A stretch of 64,000 nucleotides of DNA from an uncultured delta proteobacterium (GTDB taxonomy: Bacteria; Myxococcota_A; Polyangia; Haliangiales; Haliangiaceae). A program made the translations under genes and the position numbers. The stretch covers positions 128,001 to 192,000 of the forward strand of contig CAWKDB010000010.1 of assembly GCA_963848295.1 (NCBI GenBank), written 5' to 3'. Below are positions 38,041-48,545 of this stretch, piece by piece; within the stretch, counting starts at the first letter, position 1; every line of letters begins with the position of its first letter. A model generated the notes under the pieces. The model searched no databases, was not told where the DNA came from, and saw nothing but the letters and a program-made list of their open reading frames with translations.

Positions 38041-38748
38041 CTAGCGAAACCGCGAGTACTCGACCGCGGTGCGCAGCACGCCCAAGCCGTAGGTCACGCT
38101 ACGGCGAAAGCTGATCGACGACGCCTCGTCGAAGTAGCGGGTCGGGCACGACAGCTCGCCGACGCGAAAGCCCGCCTTGATCGCGGCGCACAGCATCTGG
38201 TTGTCGAACACGAAGTCGTCGGAGAACGAGTCGAGCGGCAGGCCCTCGAGCACGCGGCGTGTGAACGCGCGATAGCCGGTGTGGTACTCGGACAGCTTCT
38301 GGCCCATCAAGAAGTTCTGGACCGCGGTCAGCCCGCGATTCGCGACGTACTTGTACAGCGGCATGCCGCCCGCGACCGCGCTCTGGCCGAGGATGCGCGA
38401 GCCGAGCGCGAGATCGTAGTGCCCCGAGACCAGCATCGACGCCATCGCGCCGACGAGCCGCGGCGAGTACTGGTAGTCGGGGTGCAGCATCACGACGATG
38501 TCGGCGCCGAGCGCGAGCGCTTCGCGGTAGCACGTCTTCTGGTTGCCGCCGTAACCGCGGTTCTGCGGATGGACGAACGTGCGCAGCCCGAGCCGCTCGC
38601 CGACCGCGACCGTGTCGTCGACGCTGGCGTCGTCGACCAGGATGATGTCGTCGACGATGTCGCGCGGGATCTCCGCGACGGTTCGTTCGAGCGTCTTGCC
38701 CGCGTGGTACGCGGGGAGCACGACGACGAGGCGGGATCCTTCGATCAC
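38041..38748 (-). CDS. GT2 glycosyltransferase (polyprenol-phosphate glycosyltransferase-like)
   Basis: [35 protein letters not shown]. Confidence 0.93.
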   Translation of the reverse strand: MIEGSRLVVVLPAYHAGKTLERTVAEIPRDIVDDIILVDDASVDDTVAVGERLGLRTFVHPQNRGYGGNQKTCYREALALGADIVVMLHPDYQYSPRLVGAMASMLVSGHYDLALGSRILGQSAVAGGMPLYKYVANRGLTAVQNFLMGQKLSEYHTGYRAFTRRVLEGLPLDSFSDDFVFDNQMLCAAIKAGFRVGELSCPTRYFDEASSISFRRSVTYGLGVLRTAVEYSRFR

Positions 38749-40310
38749 GGCGCGACTCTACGGTAAATGACCGCACCTTGTACAACGGCGACGCGCTGGT
38801 AGCGCTCGGCGACGAAGTCTGCCAGCTGGGGATATCTGGACAGCGGGTAGCGCCTCCAGTGGTGAAGGTCGCCCGGCGCGGTGTCGACGATCAAGGCCGG
38901 GCGATACTCACGCAGATCGGCGAGCAGCGTCGTGAATCCGCCGGGGACGCCGAGCTTGTCCTCGATCGCCGCCGGCAGATCCTGAGCGAGCCCGATCGCG
39001 GCATAACCGGTGAGGTAGTGACAACCGACGAACCGGGTCGCGGCGAGCCGATCGGCGGCGACGTAGATCAGCGGGTAATAGCCCCACACGAACACGCGAT
39101 CGGTCGGCTCGGTGTGAGCGTCGATGTAGGCGGCGATCTCGTCGTACGGTTTTCGGTCGTCGCCGAGCCAGCGCATCGTGGTCGCGAACTGCCAGGCGCC
39201 GAGCCAGCACACCACGACCGGGACGATCGCGCCGATCGCGAGGCCGCGCCGCCAGCGCACCCGATCGCGCACCGACCAAGCGCCGATCGCAGCGAGCGTC
39301 GCGAGCGGCGTCACCGGCGCGGGAAAGTAATGATCGAAGAACCGGCCGCCGAGGAACGTCATCGCGGTCGCGGCGGCGGTCCACGCGACGAGCAGCCACA
39401 CGACCTGCGCGCCGGGCTCGCGCCGCACGCGCGCATCGCGGATCGCGAACGCCGCGGCGATCCACAGCGCGGTGGTCAGCGCGACCCACACGACGAAGCC
39501 GGCGAGAAACCGAGTCAGCCACGGCGAGTGCGACGAGCCGGTCGGGATGTACGTGCCGAGCGTCCAGCGAAACGCCCAGTAGATCAGGTCGTCCCACACG
39601 CCGAGGTGCGAGAAGTACGCGGCGGCCGCGAGCCACGCGAGCGCGAACCCGAGCCAGATCAGCGCGGCGCGCGTGACATCGCGCCGCCACGGATCGGGCC
39701 CGCCGAACAGCTTGCGGCGCACCACGAGCCAGCCCGCCGCCGCGACCGGCAGCGACACCGCGGTCGGCTTGATCAGCGTCCCGGCCCCGCACAACACGCC
39801 GGCGGCGACGAGCGCGAGCACGCCGCGCCATCCCCGCGCTTCGAGCCCGCGCAGGATCAAGTACGCCGCGCCGGCGAGCGGCAGCGAGAACATCAGCTCG
39901 CATTGGGTCGCGAGCACCGCCGGTTCTTGCACGATCGTGAACCCGGCGTAGAGCAGCGACGCGAGCACGCCAACGTCGAACGCCCGGCCCTTGTCGCGCT
40001 TGATCGCGCGCCGCGCGATCGCGCCGACGAGCAGCGCCGTGCCGAGCACCCACAGCATGGTCAGCGCATGCAACGCGCGCATGTCGTAGCGGCCGACGAG
40101 CGCGAACCCCGCCTCGTAGATGTAGAAGATGCCGGGCGGCTTGCTCTCGACGCCAGCGCGATACGGCGGCTCGCCGGTCGCCATCGCCGCGGCGGTCGTC
40201 GCGTACAGCGCCTCATCCTCGTTGAGGATGTCGACCCGCAGGCTCGGCGCGCGGATCACCGCGATCGCGGCGATCACGATCGCGAGGGCGATGGCAGCCG
40301 GGCGGGTCAC
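38745..40310 (-). CDS. ArnT/PMT-like GT-C fold membrane glycosyltransferase
   Basis: NEDEALY, ESKPPG, many TM helices, FDHYF, DRVFVWG. Confidence 0.88.
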   Translation of the reverse strand: MTRPAAIALAIVIAAIAVIRAPSLRVDILNEDEALYATTAAAMATGEPPYRAGVESKPPGIFYIYEAGFALVGRYDMRALHALTMLWVLGTALLVGAIARRAIKRDKGRAFDVGVLASLLYAGFTIVQEPAVLATQCELMFSLPLAGAAYLILRGLEARGWRGVLALVAAGVLCGAGTLIKPTAVSLPVAAAGWLVVRRKLFGGPDPWRRDVTRAALIWLGFALAWLAAAAYFSHLGVWDDLIYWAFRWTLGTYIPTGSSHSPWLTRFLAGFVVWVALTTALWIAAAFAIRDARVRREPGAQVVWLLVAWTAAATAMTFLGGRFFDHYFPAPVTPLATLAAIGAWSVRDRVRWRRGLAIGAIVPVVVCWLGAWQFATTMRWLGDDRKPYDEIAAYIDAHTEPTDRVFVWGYYPLIYVAADRLAATRFVGCHYLTGYAAIGLAQDLPAAIEDKLGVPGGFTTLLADLREYRPALIVDTAPGDLHHWRRYPLSRYPQLADFVAERYQRVAVVQGAVIYRRVAP

Positions 40311-40339
40311 CGCCGAGCGCTGTAACACGAGTTGCCGCG

Positions 40340-41746
40340 CTAGGCGCGCCGGCGACGCCGGTACGCGAGCCCGAGGCCGAGCACGAGCGGCAACAGCCCG
40401 CCCGCGTGATTGCTCGCCGCACAACCGCCGGTCACTTCTTGCGGTCCGGTCGCGCTGCCGCCACCACTCGGTGCACCGCCGCCGCCGACGCCGGCATCGG
40501 CCATCCCGACCACCGCCTCGGGAATCAACAGCTGTGCGTTCGGCGTGCCGTAGCCGGTCGGGCCGTCCCAGCCGACCCCGGCGGTGCACAGGATGTTGCC
40601 GCACGTGCCGTTGGATCCCGACACCACGTCGTTGAGCAGCGCGGCGTGTTGCCGGACGAAGTCGCCCGAGGTCTGCGCGCCGTTGCCGGTCGCCGCGAAG
40701 ATCGCCGCGACGATCGGGGCCGCGACGCTCGTGCCGCCGACCGAGCCGAACTTGCCGGCGTTGTAGTAGACGACCCCGGTCTGCGGATCGCCGACCGCGG
40801 CGAGATCGGTGGTCGCCTTGAACGCGCACGTCGGATCGGTCTGGTACGCCGGCTTCGGGATCGACAAGCTGCAACCGCTGCCGCCCGAGCTCCACGCGGT
40901 CTCGGTCCAGCCGCGCGCGCTGGCGTCGGCGACGAGGTGCGTGCCACCCACCGAGATCACGTGCGCCGACGTGGCGGGATAGTACGGGCCGGCGCCGCCG
41001 TCGTCGTAGCCGGTGTCGCCGCCCGCCGCGAACACCGCGATGCCCGGTTGATCGAAGTAGCTCTCCAGCGTGAGCGCATCGTTGCCGGACTCGGAGCCGC
41101 CCCAGCTGTCGTTGATCACGGTCGCGCCGAGCGACGCCGCGATCGCTTGTGACGTGTAGAGCCCGTCGCTCGTGTCGTCGTTCGCCTGGACGACGATGAT
41201 CTTGCACGACGGACACACCGCGCTGACCATGTCGATGTCGAGCGCGGTCTCGATCGTCCAGTCGTCGGTCGGCGGCGGCGGCCCGGGCAACGGCGACGTC
41301 GCGCCGGTCTGGTTGACGATCTGCAAGCAGCCGTTCGCGGTCGTGCACGCGGGCAAGCCGTACTGCGTGCGATACACCGCGAGATCCGCCTCGAGCGCCG
41401 CGTAACCGTAGGCGTCGACCACCGCGACCTTCGCGGCCGGGATATCGGTCGTCGGAACGTTGTAGGCTTTGCGCAGATCCTCCGCGCCAAACGCGGTCGC
41501 TGCGGCCGGGCCGACCTCGCCGGCTGGAGTCGCTGGCACATGCGCCAGACACCGGAACCGACCGCCCGAGCACACCGCGCCGGTCTGGAGCTCGCCCGGC
41601 CGGACCGGATCGAGCCTGACCCGCGTCGCGCTCGCCGGGTTTGCACCGGCTGAGGTGGCGAGCCCCAGCGACAACCCCAGCGCACACGGTGCGATGCGGC
41701 CCAAGTAGGCGATCCGACTGAACACGTCGCGCACTGTAGCGATCAC
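40340..41746 (-). CDS. S53 (sedolisin/kumamolisin) peptidase with MYXO-CTERM-like tail
   Basis: ETALDID, AGGDTG, GGTSVAAP, GWDGPTGYGTP; GGCAAS-TM-RRRRR C-terminus; start uncertain. Confidence 0.9.
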   Translation of the reverse strand: MIATVRDVFSRIAYLGRIAPCALGLSLGLATSAGANPASATRVRLDPVRPGELQTGAVCSGGRFRCLAHVPATPAGEVGPAAATAFGAEDLRKAYNVPTTDIPAAKVAVVDAYGYAALEADLAVYRTQYGLPACTTANGCLQIVNQTGATSPLPGPPPPTDDWTIETALDIDMVSAVCPSCKIIVVQANDDTSDGLYTSQAIAASLGATVINDSWGGSESGNDALTLESYFDQPGIAVFAAGGDTGYDDGGAGPYYPATSAHVISVGGTHLVADASARGWTETAWSSGGSGCSLSIPKPAYQTDPTCAFKATTDLAAVGDPQTGVVYYNAGKFGSVGGTSVAAPIVAAIFAATGNGAQTSGDFVRQHAALLNDVVSGSNGTCGNILCTAGVGWDGPTGYGTPNAQLLIPEAVVGMADAGVGGGGAPSGGGSATGPQEVTGGCAASNHAGGLLPLVLGLGLAYRRRRRA

Positions 41747-41788
41747 ACTCCGAGATACGTGCCAGGTCGCTATTCAGCTCGGGCCTTG

Positions 41789-43567
41789 TCAGCGCGCCTT
41801 GAGCCAGGCGTCGGCCGCGAGCTTGACGTCTGCGGCCTTGGCACCGACGTCGATCGCGACCGGGTCGCCGGTGATGTTCTGCAACGCGCGCTGCGCGAAG
41901 TAACGCACGAGCGGATATTGATGGGACAGCATCGGCACGATCGCGGCGACCGCATCCTGGGTCTTCGCTTCGCCGTACGTCGCGATCGCGACCGCTTGCT
42001 CGTGTGGCTTGCCGAGGATCAGCGTCGCGCGCATCGCGTTGACGCCGAGGTCATCGCCGTAGAGTTTCTTCAACGCACCGCGATCGTAGTGCTTGCCCCA
42101 CCAGGTCTCCATCGTCGACGCGAGCTGCTCGACGCTCTTGTCGACGTGACACAGCGCGCACTCGAGCGGGCGATCGCGCTCGACCCGCGCCGGGTCGTCG
42201 GGCGAGCCGATCCGATGGTAGCGATTCAACGAGTATTCGAGCCCCATGTTCTTCTTCGCCATGTGGCACGCGATGCACGACGTGCCGGCGCCGCCGAGCT
42301 GGTGATGACTGTGGCGCGCGAGCGCGTCGTCGGGCGCGTACTGCGCGTGGCACGTCGTGCACAGGTGATTGCCGGCCGGGGTCGCCATCGCACGCAAGGC
42401 GTCGCGCGAATCCTCGGTATGCGGATCGTGGCAGGTCGTGCACGCCATCTGCGTCGCGCAGCCGCCGAGCTGAAAGTCGCGGCCTTCGCCCGAGCTGATC
42501 GAGCTGCCACCGGGTTCGAGCTCGCGCCGCTTGTGGCCTTCCCACGTCCACGGATACTGCGAGAACAGCACGGTGTGGCACTTCGCGCACGTGTGGTTGA
42601 TCAGCTGCGCCCTCGTGCCGGTCATGCCTTTCGGCGGCTCGACCTCGATGACCGGGCTGAGCGCCGCGAACGACGGCTTCACGCTCGGATCCTCGGCATG
42701 CGCGCGCGCGCCGTTGTGGCAGGCCTCGCAGCCGATGCCGAGCTCGACGAGATGAGCGGCGTCGAGCTTGGCCTCGGTCGTCGTCGCGGCGGCGGCGAGC
42801 GTGGCCTTCAGCACCTGCGGCGTCGGATGGGCGGGCGGCGTCCCGCCGAGGAACGTGATCTCGGTCGACAGCGCCTCGACCAGCGCGACCGGATCGCGCG
42901 GGGTCGCCGACCACGTCCGGGTCTTCGGCAAGATTCGCTCGGCGGTGCGGCCTTGATACGGCGGACCGCCGGGGCCGTAGAGATCGTCGAACAACATCGT
43001 CGCGAGCGGCAGCGTGTTGTGGCAGGTGATGCACTCCTTCGACCACTGGCCCGAGTACGACATCCGCGGCCGCTCCGGCACCATCACCGAGTAGCCTTTG
43101 TAGCGCCACGTCTTGGTCGAGAACACGTAGGTCGCGGGCAGCACGCGCTCGACCCCGGTCACGGTCGACGGATCAGGCGCGCCGGTGACGTCGACGCCGA
43201 CGAAGTCCTCGCGGTAGCGACCGCCGACCACCTTCGTGATGCGGAACTGGTGATCGCCTCTCGGCGAGGTCAGCTCCATGTAGCGCGCGCGGGCTCGGGT
43301 CACCATCGTGACGCGATCGTCGCCGACCGAGAGCTGGGCGCCATCGAACGGCGCGCGGATCGTCGCGGTCGCCGCGTCGCGCGTCATGTCGCGCATCGGC
43401 GACGTGGCCCAGGTCGCGTAGATCGTGCCGTGGCAGTCGGCGCACGCGGCCGAGCCCGCATAGTCGGCGCGCATCACGTTGCTCGCGAGCGCGGGTCGCG
43501 GTGTGGGCGCCGGCGCCGGGTGGCAGCCGGTCACGACGATCGCGGCGGCGACGGCGACGGATCTCAC
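41789..43567 (-). CDS. Octaheme c-type cytochrome lipoprotein with HEAT-like C-terminus
   Basis: Eight CxxCH: CADCH, CITCH, CEACH, CAKCH, CTTCH, CTTCH, CIACH, CALCH; lipobox VTGC. Confidence 0.9.
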   Translation of the reverse strand: MRSVAVAAAIVVTGCHPAPAPTPRPALASNVMRADYAGSAACADCHGTIYATWATSPMRDMTRDAATATIRAPFDGAQLSVGDDRVTMVTRARARYMELTSPRGDHQFRITKVVGGRYREDFVGVDVTGAPDPSTVTGVERVLPATYVFSTKTWRYKGYSVMVPERPRMSYSGQWSKECITCHNTLPLATMLFDDLYGPGGPPYQGRTAERILPKTRTWSATPRDPVALVEALSTEITFLGGTPPAHPTPQVLKATLAAAATTTEAKLDAAHLVELGIGCEACHNGARAHAEDPSVKPSFAALSPVIEVEPPKGMTGTRAQLINHTCAKCHTVLFSQYPWTWEGHKRRELEPGGSSISSGEGRDFQLGGCATQMACTTCHDPHTEDSRDALRAMATPAGNHLCTTCHAQYAPDDALARHSHHQLGGAGTSCIACHMAKKNMGLEYSLNRYHRIGSPDDPARVERDRPLECALCHVDKSVEQLASTMETWWGKHYDRGALKKLYGDDLGVNAMRATLILGKPHEQAVAIATYGEAKTQDAVAAIVPMLSHQYPLVRYFAQRALQNITGDPVAIDVGAKAADVKLAADAWLKAR

Positions 43568-43600
43568 GTCGCGGTTGTACCAGTCGGCGAGCGGCGGCGG

Positions 43601-43885
43601 CTAGCGCGCCATCGCGACGAGGTAGCGCTCGATGTACGCGCGATCGACCGGGCCGAGGTTCGCGCGCGCCGACATCTCGTCGAGCTTCCTCGGCCAATCG
43701 ATCGCTGAGTGCTGGCTCGGCAGCGGGGCCATATGGCAATTGCTGCACTTTTCGATCAACAGCGAGCGCCCGCGCTCGAGCTCGGCCAGCTGCACGTGCG
43801 TCCGACTCGCGTCGCTCGCGGTCACCAGAGGCGGCGCACCGGCGCTGCATGCCGCGAGAGCGAGGGCAGCTACGGCGAGCTTCAT
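43601..43885 (-). CDS. Small monoheme cytochrome c lipoprotein
   Basis: Lipobox LAAC; KCSNCH; W...LDEM distal Met pattern. Confidence 0.85.
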   Translation of the reverse strand: MKLAVAALALAACSAGAPPLVTASDASRTHVQLAELERGRSLLIEKCSNCHMAPLPSQHSAIDWPRKLDEMSARANLGPVDRAYIERYLVAMAR

Positions 43886-43890
43886 CGACT

Positions 43891-43922
43891 TTGAAAGTAA
43901 TATTCAATTCCCTCGAAGTCAA
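43891..43922 (-). promoter_or_regulatory. Sigma-70 promoter with overlapping AT-rich dyad (Fur-like operator candidate)
   Basis: Minus strand TTGACT-N17-TACTTT, 8 nt before ATG; TTGAA-N7-TTCAA at 43891-43907. Confidence 0.7.
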
Positions 43923-43941
43923 CGCAAAGCTCTCACCCCCT

Positions 43942-44042
43942 AAGTTGACAATAGCGACAGCGTCACCAACATTATGCTAACGATTCTGGACACTTCGACT
44001 CGGATCGAAAACGGCGAAGTTGACAAAAGAGACAGCGTCACC
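43942..44042. repeat. Two 26-bp direct repeats separated by 49 bp
   Basis: AAGTTGACAATAGCGACAGCGTCACC (43942-67) and AAGTTGACAAAAGAGACAGCGTCACC (44017-42). Confidence 0.85.
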
Positions 44043-44052
44043 TTCGATCCCT

Positions 44053-45794
44053 TCAGATCGAGATCGAGCCTTTGCGGAAGTCGGTGCGCCGGAGATGGAC
44101 GTTGATGCAGACGGGGCGGCCGGCCTTGGCGATCGCCTTGGCTTCGGCGAGGGTCGCGTCGATGCGCGCCGGATCGGTGAGGACGAGGCCGACGCCGCCG
44201 TAGCCTTCGGCGACTTTGTGATAGTCGGTGCGCCGGAGCTCGGTGCCGAGCGCGGTGCCGAGCATCTCGACTTGCTCGCGCGCGATCTGGGCCCACGATG
44301 CGTCGTTGCCGATCACCGCGATCGGCGAGACGCCGTGGCGGACGTAGCTGTCGAACTCGGCGAGGGTGTAGCCGCTCGATCCGTCGCCCCATAGCAACCA
44401 GATCTCGCGACCTGGCCGGACCATGCTCGCGCCGAGCGCGAAGCCGCCGCCGACGCCGAGCGTGCCGAACACGCCGGGATCGAGCCAAGACAGCGGCGCG
44501 CGCGGCCGCACGATGTAGCTCGCGGTCGCGACGAAGTCGCCGCCGTCGACGACGAGCACGGAGTCGTCGGCCATCGCCTCGTCGACTCGCATGAAGAAGT
44601 GCACCGGATCGATGAGCTCGCCGGTCGGCGCGGCCTTGCTCGCGATCTCGGCGTCGCGCTTGGCTTCGCGCGCGCGCAGCTCGCCGAGCCAGGGCTGCCA
44701 GCGCGCGGTGTCGCGCGTCCCGCCGGCGTCGGCGAGGGCGATCAGGAACTCGCCCGCGTGCATCTCGACCGCGATGTCGGGCTTGCGATTCTTCTTGAGC
44801 TCGGTCGCCGAGAGGTTTGCCGCGACGAGCGTGCCACCGCGGTTGATGCCGCGCCCGTAACCGAGCCGAAAGTCGAACGGGAACCCGCACACGATGACGA
44901 GGTCGGAGTCCTTGAGCGCGGCGCCGCGATTGTGGCGAAATTGGAGCTCGTGACTGCGCCCGAGGAGACCGCGCGCGGTGCCTCCGAGATAGACCGGTGC
45001 GCCGAGCGTGCCGAGCGCGCGCGCGAGCCGGCCCGCATCCTTGACGCCGACCAGCGCCTGACTGCCGACGACGATCACCGGCTTCTCCGCCTGCGCGAGC
45101 GCGGCGTTGACCTTCGCGATCGAGCCGTTGCCGCGCAGCTGCGGCAGCGCCGGGAGATGAACCTCGGGGAGCGCGGGCGCATGGAATTGCCGGTACAGAT
45201 GGCCCTTGATGTAGAGCTCGAGCGCCTTCGCGCCGATCCCCTTGGCTTTGCCGACGCCCGCCTCTTTGGCGTACAGCTCGCGCACGATCGCCTCGGGATA
45301 CAGCAAGTCGAGCGGCACCTCGATGAACACCGGCCCCGGCACGCCCTCGGTCGCGATCGCGAACGCGCGCTCGACGATCGGCCCGAGCGACGGCACGGTC
45401 TTGACCGCGGTCGCCCACTTCGTGATCGGCTTCATCACCGACAGCTGATCGATGTCTTGCAGCGAGCCGCGGCCCTTGAGCAGCGTCGCCGTCGCACCGC
45501 CGAAGATCACGAGCGGGGTCTGCGCCATCTGCGCGTTCTTGATCGCGGTGATCGTGTTGGTCACGCCCGGGCCCGGCGGTCACCGCGGCGACCCCGACGG
45601 TGCCGGTCATGCGCGCGACCGCGTCGGCCGCGAACACCGCGTTCGCTTCGTCGCGAACGTCGACGACGCGGATCCCTTGCGGCCTCCGCGCCGGTCAGGA
45701 TCGGCGAGATATGACCGCCGCATAGCGTGAACAAGTGGGTCACGCCGTGACGCGCGAGCACCTCGGCGATGATGTCTCCGCCATGTTGCGACAT
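44053..45794 (-). CDS. Thiamine pyrophosphate-binding enzyme (acetolactate synthase / 2-hydroxyacyl-CoA lyase-like), frameshifted near 45570 and 45680
   Basis: [38 protein letters not shown]...GND spread over three frames. Confidence 0.9.
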
Positions 45795-45840
45795 GGCGCG
45801 TACAATAGACTGCAATCGTCGCTAAGGTGCTCGCGGCAAC

Positions 45841-46702
45841 GTGTCGAACCTCGTTCTCTATTCGATTCCCGCGTTCTTGATCTCGATGGTGCTCGAGATC
45901 GTTCTGGGCGCGGCGCCATTCCGAGGTGCGCGGCTACGCCAAGAAAGACACGCTCGCGAGCCTGTCGATGGGGCTGCTCAACGTCGGGATCTCGGTGATC
46001 GCGAAGCTGGGCTCGTTCGCGTTGTTCGTGTGGGCGTACGAACATCGCGTCGCCGATCTTGGCCAGCCGTCGAAGTGGTGGTCGTGGCTGATCATCTTGT
46101 TCGCCGAAGACCTTTGCTACTACTGGTTCCATCGCATGCACCACGGCGTCCGGTTGCTATGGGCGGCTCACGTCAACCACCACTCGAGTCAGTACTTCAA
46201 TTTCTCGACGGCACTGCGCCAGCCGCTGTTGACGCCGTTCACCGGCCCGCTGTTCTGGACGCCGCTCGCGCTCCTCGGGTTTCCCCCGGTCATGATCTTC
46301 ACCGCACAGGCGTGGTCGCTGATCTATCAGTTCTTTCTCCACACCGAAGCGGTCGACAAGCTCGGCCCGCTCGAGTGGGTGATGAACACGCCCTCGCATC
46401 ACCGCGTGCACCACGGCAAGAACGTGCCGTACCTCGACCGCAATCACGCCGGCGTGTTCATCATCTGGGACCGGATGTTCGGCACGTTCGCTCCGGAGCG
46501 AGAGCGCGTCGTGTACGGCCTGACGAAGGACATCCACACCTATCGACCACTCCGCATCGGCTTTCACGAGGTCGCCGCGATCGCTCGCGACGTCGCGCGC
46601 GCACCCGATCTGGGTGCGAAGCTCGGCTACCTGCTGGCGCCGCCCGGTTGGTCGCACGATGGCAGCTCGAAGACCGCGCGCGAGCTCCAGCGCGAGCTGT
46701 GA
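45841..46702 (+). CDS. Sterol desaturase / alkylglycerol monooxygenase family protein, frameshift near 45910
   Basis: YYWFHRMHH, HVNHHS, PSHHRVHH, IWDRMFGTF; N-terminus MSNLVLYSIP in another frame. Confidence 0.9.
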
Positions 46703-47201
46703 CCGGGATTCCGCACGGCTCTGACTTGGAGGCGGACCTCGATCCGCTCCGATTTTCGGCTCCTTGTTCCCTGTTTTCTGATCGTCAGGTTCTGCGACCC
46801 ATCCGATTGGTCCGACCATGCTCACGGCCTCCAGCGCGGCGCCACTCCCGGTCTCCGATGCCCTGTCTTCCTATCTCCGATACCCGGGAACCCTGGACCC
46901 CGCCCCCGCGATGTCCCCCCATCTCAGCTGTGACTCATCGCAACTAGCTTGAATTGGTGCGCAAACCGCTGCACAACGCGTCGCGATCTCGATCGAGCCG
47001 GATCTATATGAAGGGGCGCTCGAAACCTCCAGAACGCGTAAGTAGTTGATCGTGCACTTCGCGTCCTCGCATTTTCACCCGTTTAGGCCCTGGGCACCCG
47101 AGGCCCCATCTGGGGGTTAAGCCCTCAGCTTGGGGTGGGACATTGGATCCTAATACCTCATGTTTTCATGAGGTTGAAATCGTGGGGGCCGCGATCCCTG
47201 G

Positions 47202-47217
47202 CGGCACAACGGTTGCT
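47202..47217 (+). promoter_or_regulatory. Sigma-54 promoter of cytochrome/Tat operon
   Basis: CGGCACAACGGTTGCT (GG-N10-GC); dyad ACCTCATG-TTTT-CATGAGGT at 47155-47174. Confidence 0.75.
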
Positions 47218-47249
47218 GTACGATTGCTCGCATGCTCGTTGGAACTCAC

Positions 47250-48545
47250 ATGAGAGCCCAGCTGTCGCCGCTGAAGTCGCGTCGGGCAATGCTCGATACG
47301 CTGCTGAAGCACCTCGACATGGTTCGCCTGTCTGTTGGCGCGCTTGCGATCGTCATGCTCACCCTCACCGCCTGCAACGGCCTGATCACGGCGCCGGGCG
47401 GCGGCGGCGATGACGACGGCCTGACCCCGGAAGAGCGCATGGCCCAGCAGCTGTGGCTGTCGGGCGCGCTACCGGTGTTCAAGCAGCCGGCGCCCGCGGG
47501 CGGCGACTGCGCGAGCTGCCATGACGGCGGCCCCGCCGCCCCGACCGCCGCGCTGCCCTATGCGTTCCTCGCCGGCGACTCGGACCTCGCGATTCACGAC
47601 ACCATCGTCGCGTTCAGCCCCGCGGTGGTCGACCTCGATGCGCCGTCCTCGAGCCGCGTGATCGTCAAGGGCGCCCACGAAGGCCCCGCGATGACGACCG
47701 ACCAGCAGACGCCGGTCCTCGCGTGGCTCATGGCCGAGCAGGCCGCGCAGGCAGCTGGCAGCAGCACCACCGTGCTGCTTCCGAAGTTCACCCCCGCGAT
47801 CTGCCCGTCGGGCACCGACGCCTCGGCGTGCCCCGTCAACACGATGACGCTCGACGCCGTCGGCGGCACGGGCGCGACTGTCACGTTCATCGCCTACGCG
47901 CTGAACGACACGCTGTACGTGATGAACCTGTCGATCAACGGCGGCCCGAATGGCGTCTACGTCGAGCACCCGCTGTTCGTGTCGTATCCCGCCGACCCGA
48001 CGGCCGACCCGATCCCCGACAACCTCGATCGGTTCTTCGCCATCCAGGATGATCAGGCCGCGACGACCTCGACCCTGCTCGGCACCGCGGCGTTCGTCGG
48101 CTTCGACCCGACGCTCCAGATCTCGATTCAGTTCAAGACGGTCGGCGCTTACCAGCCGGACATGGGCGGCACGATGCCGCCGAGCGGCTGCCAGCAGCTC
48201 GCCGACTTCAAGGCCGACGCGCAGGGCCCGATGACCACGAACTGCCAGACCTGCCACTCGAGCAAGGGCGCGACGAAGAACGCGAGCGCGATGGCGTCGA
48301 TGGACATCACCGGCATCGAAGCCACCGACGACCCGACCATCCTCACGGCGTGCAACCAGGTCCGCACGCAGATCAACTTCCAGCAAGTCGCGATGAGCGG
48401 CTTCTTCATCTCGCCGAACCCGTCGGATGCCGACGGTCACCCCTTTAAGTTCGGTAACAACCAAGGGAACTTCAACACGTTCCAAATCGGCGTTGATGCC
48501 TTGGGTTACCGCGGAAGCCACGTCCCCGTAAAAGGAGCCCCATGA
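47250..48545 (+). CDS. Diheme c-type cytochrome-like lipoprotein
   Basis: LTAC lipobox; CASCH and CQTCH; start uncertain; a probable indel near 48500 would move the stop to 48531. Confidence 0.7.
   Translation: MRAQLSPLKSRRAMLDTLLKHLDMVRLSVGALAIVMLTLTACNGLITAPGGGGDDDGLTPEERMAQQLWLSGALPVFKQPAPAGGDCASCHDGGPAAPTAALPYAFLAGDSDLAIHDTIVAFSPAVVDLDAPSSSRVIVKGAHEGPAMTTDQQTPVLAWLMAEQAAQAAGSSTTVLLPKFTPAICPSGTDASACPVNTMTLDAVGGTGATVTFIAYALNDTLYVMNLSINGGPNGVYVEHPLFVSYPADPTADPIPDNLDRFFAIQDDQAATTSTLLGTAAFVGFDPTLQISIQFKTVGAYQPDMGGTMPPSGCQQLADFKADAQGPMTTNCQTCHSSKGATKNASAMASMDITGIEATDDPTILTACNQVRTQINFQQVAMSGFFISPNPSDADGHPFKFGNNQGNFNTFQIGVDALGYRGSHVPVKGAP

Noticed and set aside
38745..41687. 980-aa ORF as a single large protein
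   Set aside because: The first 459 codons are an alternative frame over the S53 peptidase; the GT-C protein starts near 40310
43942..44042. Mini-CRISPR array
   Set aside because: Only two repeats, no cas genes in the window, and resemblance to the REP-like arm explains it better
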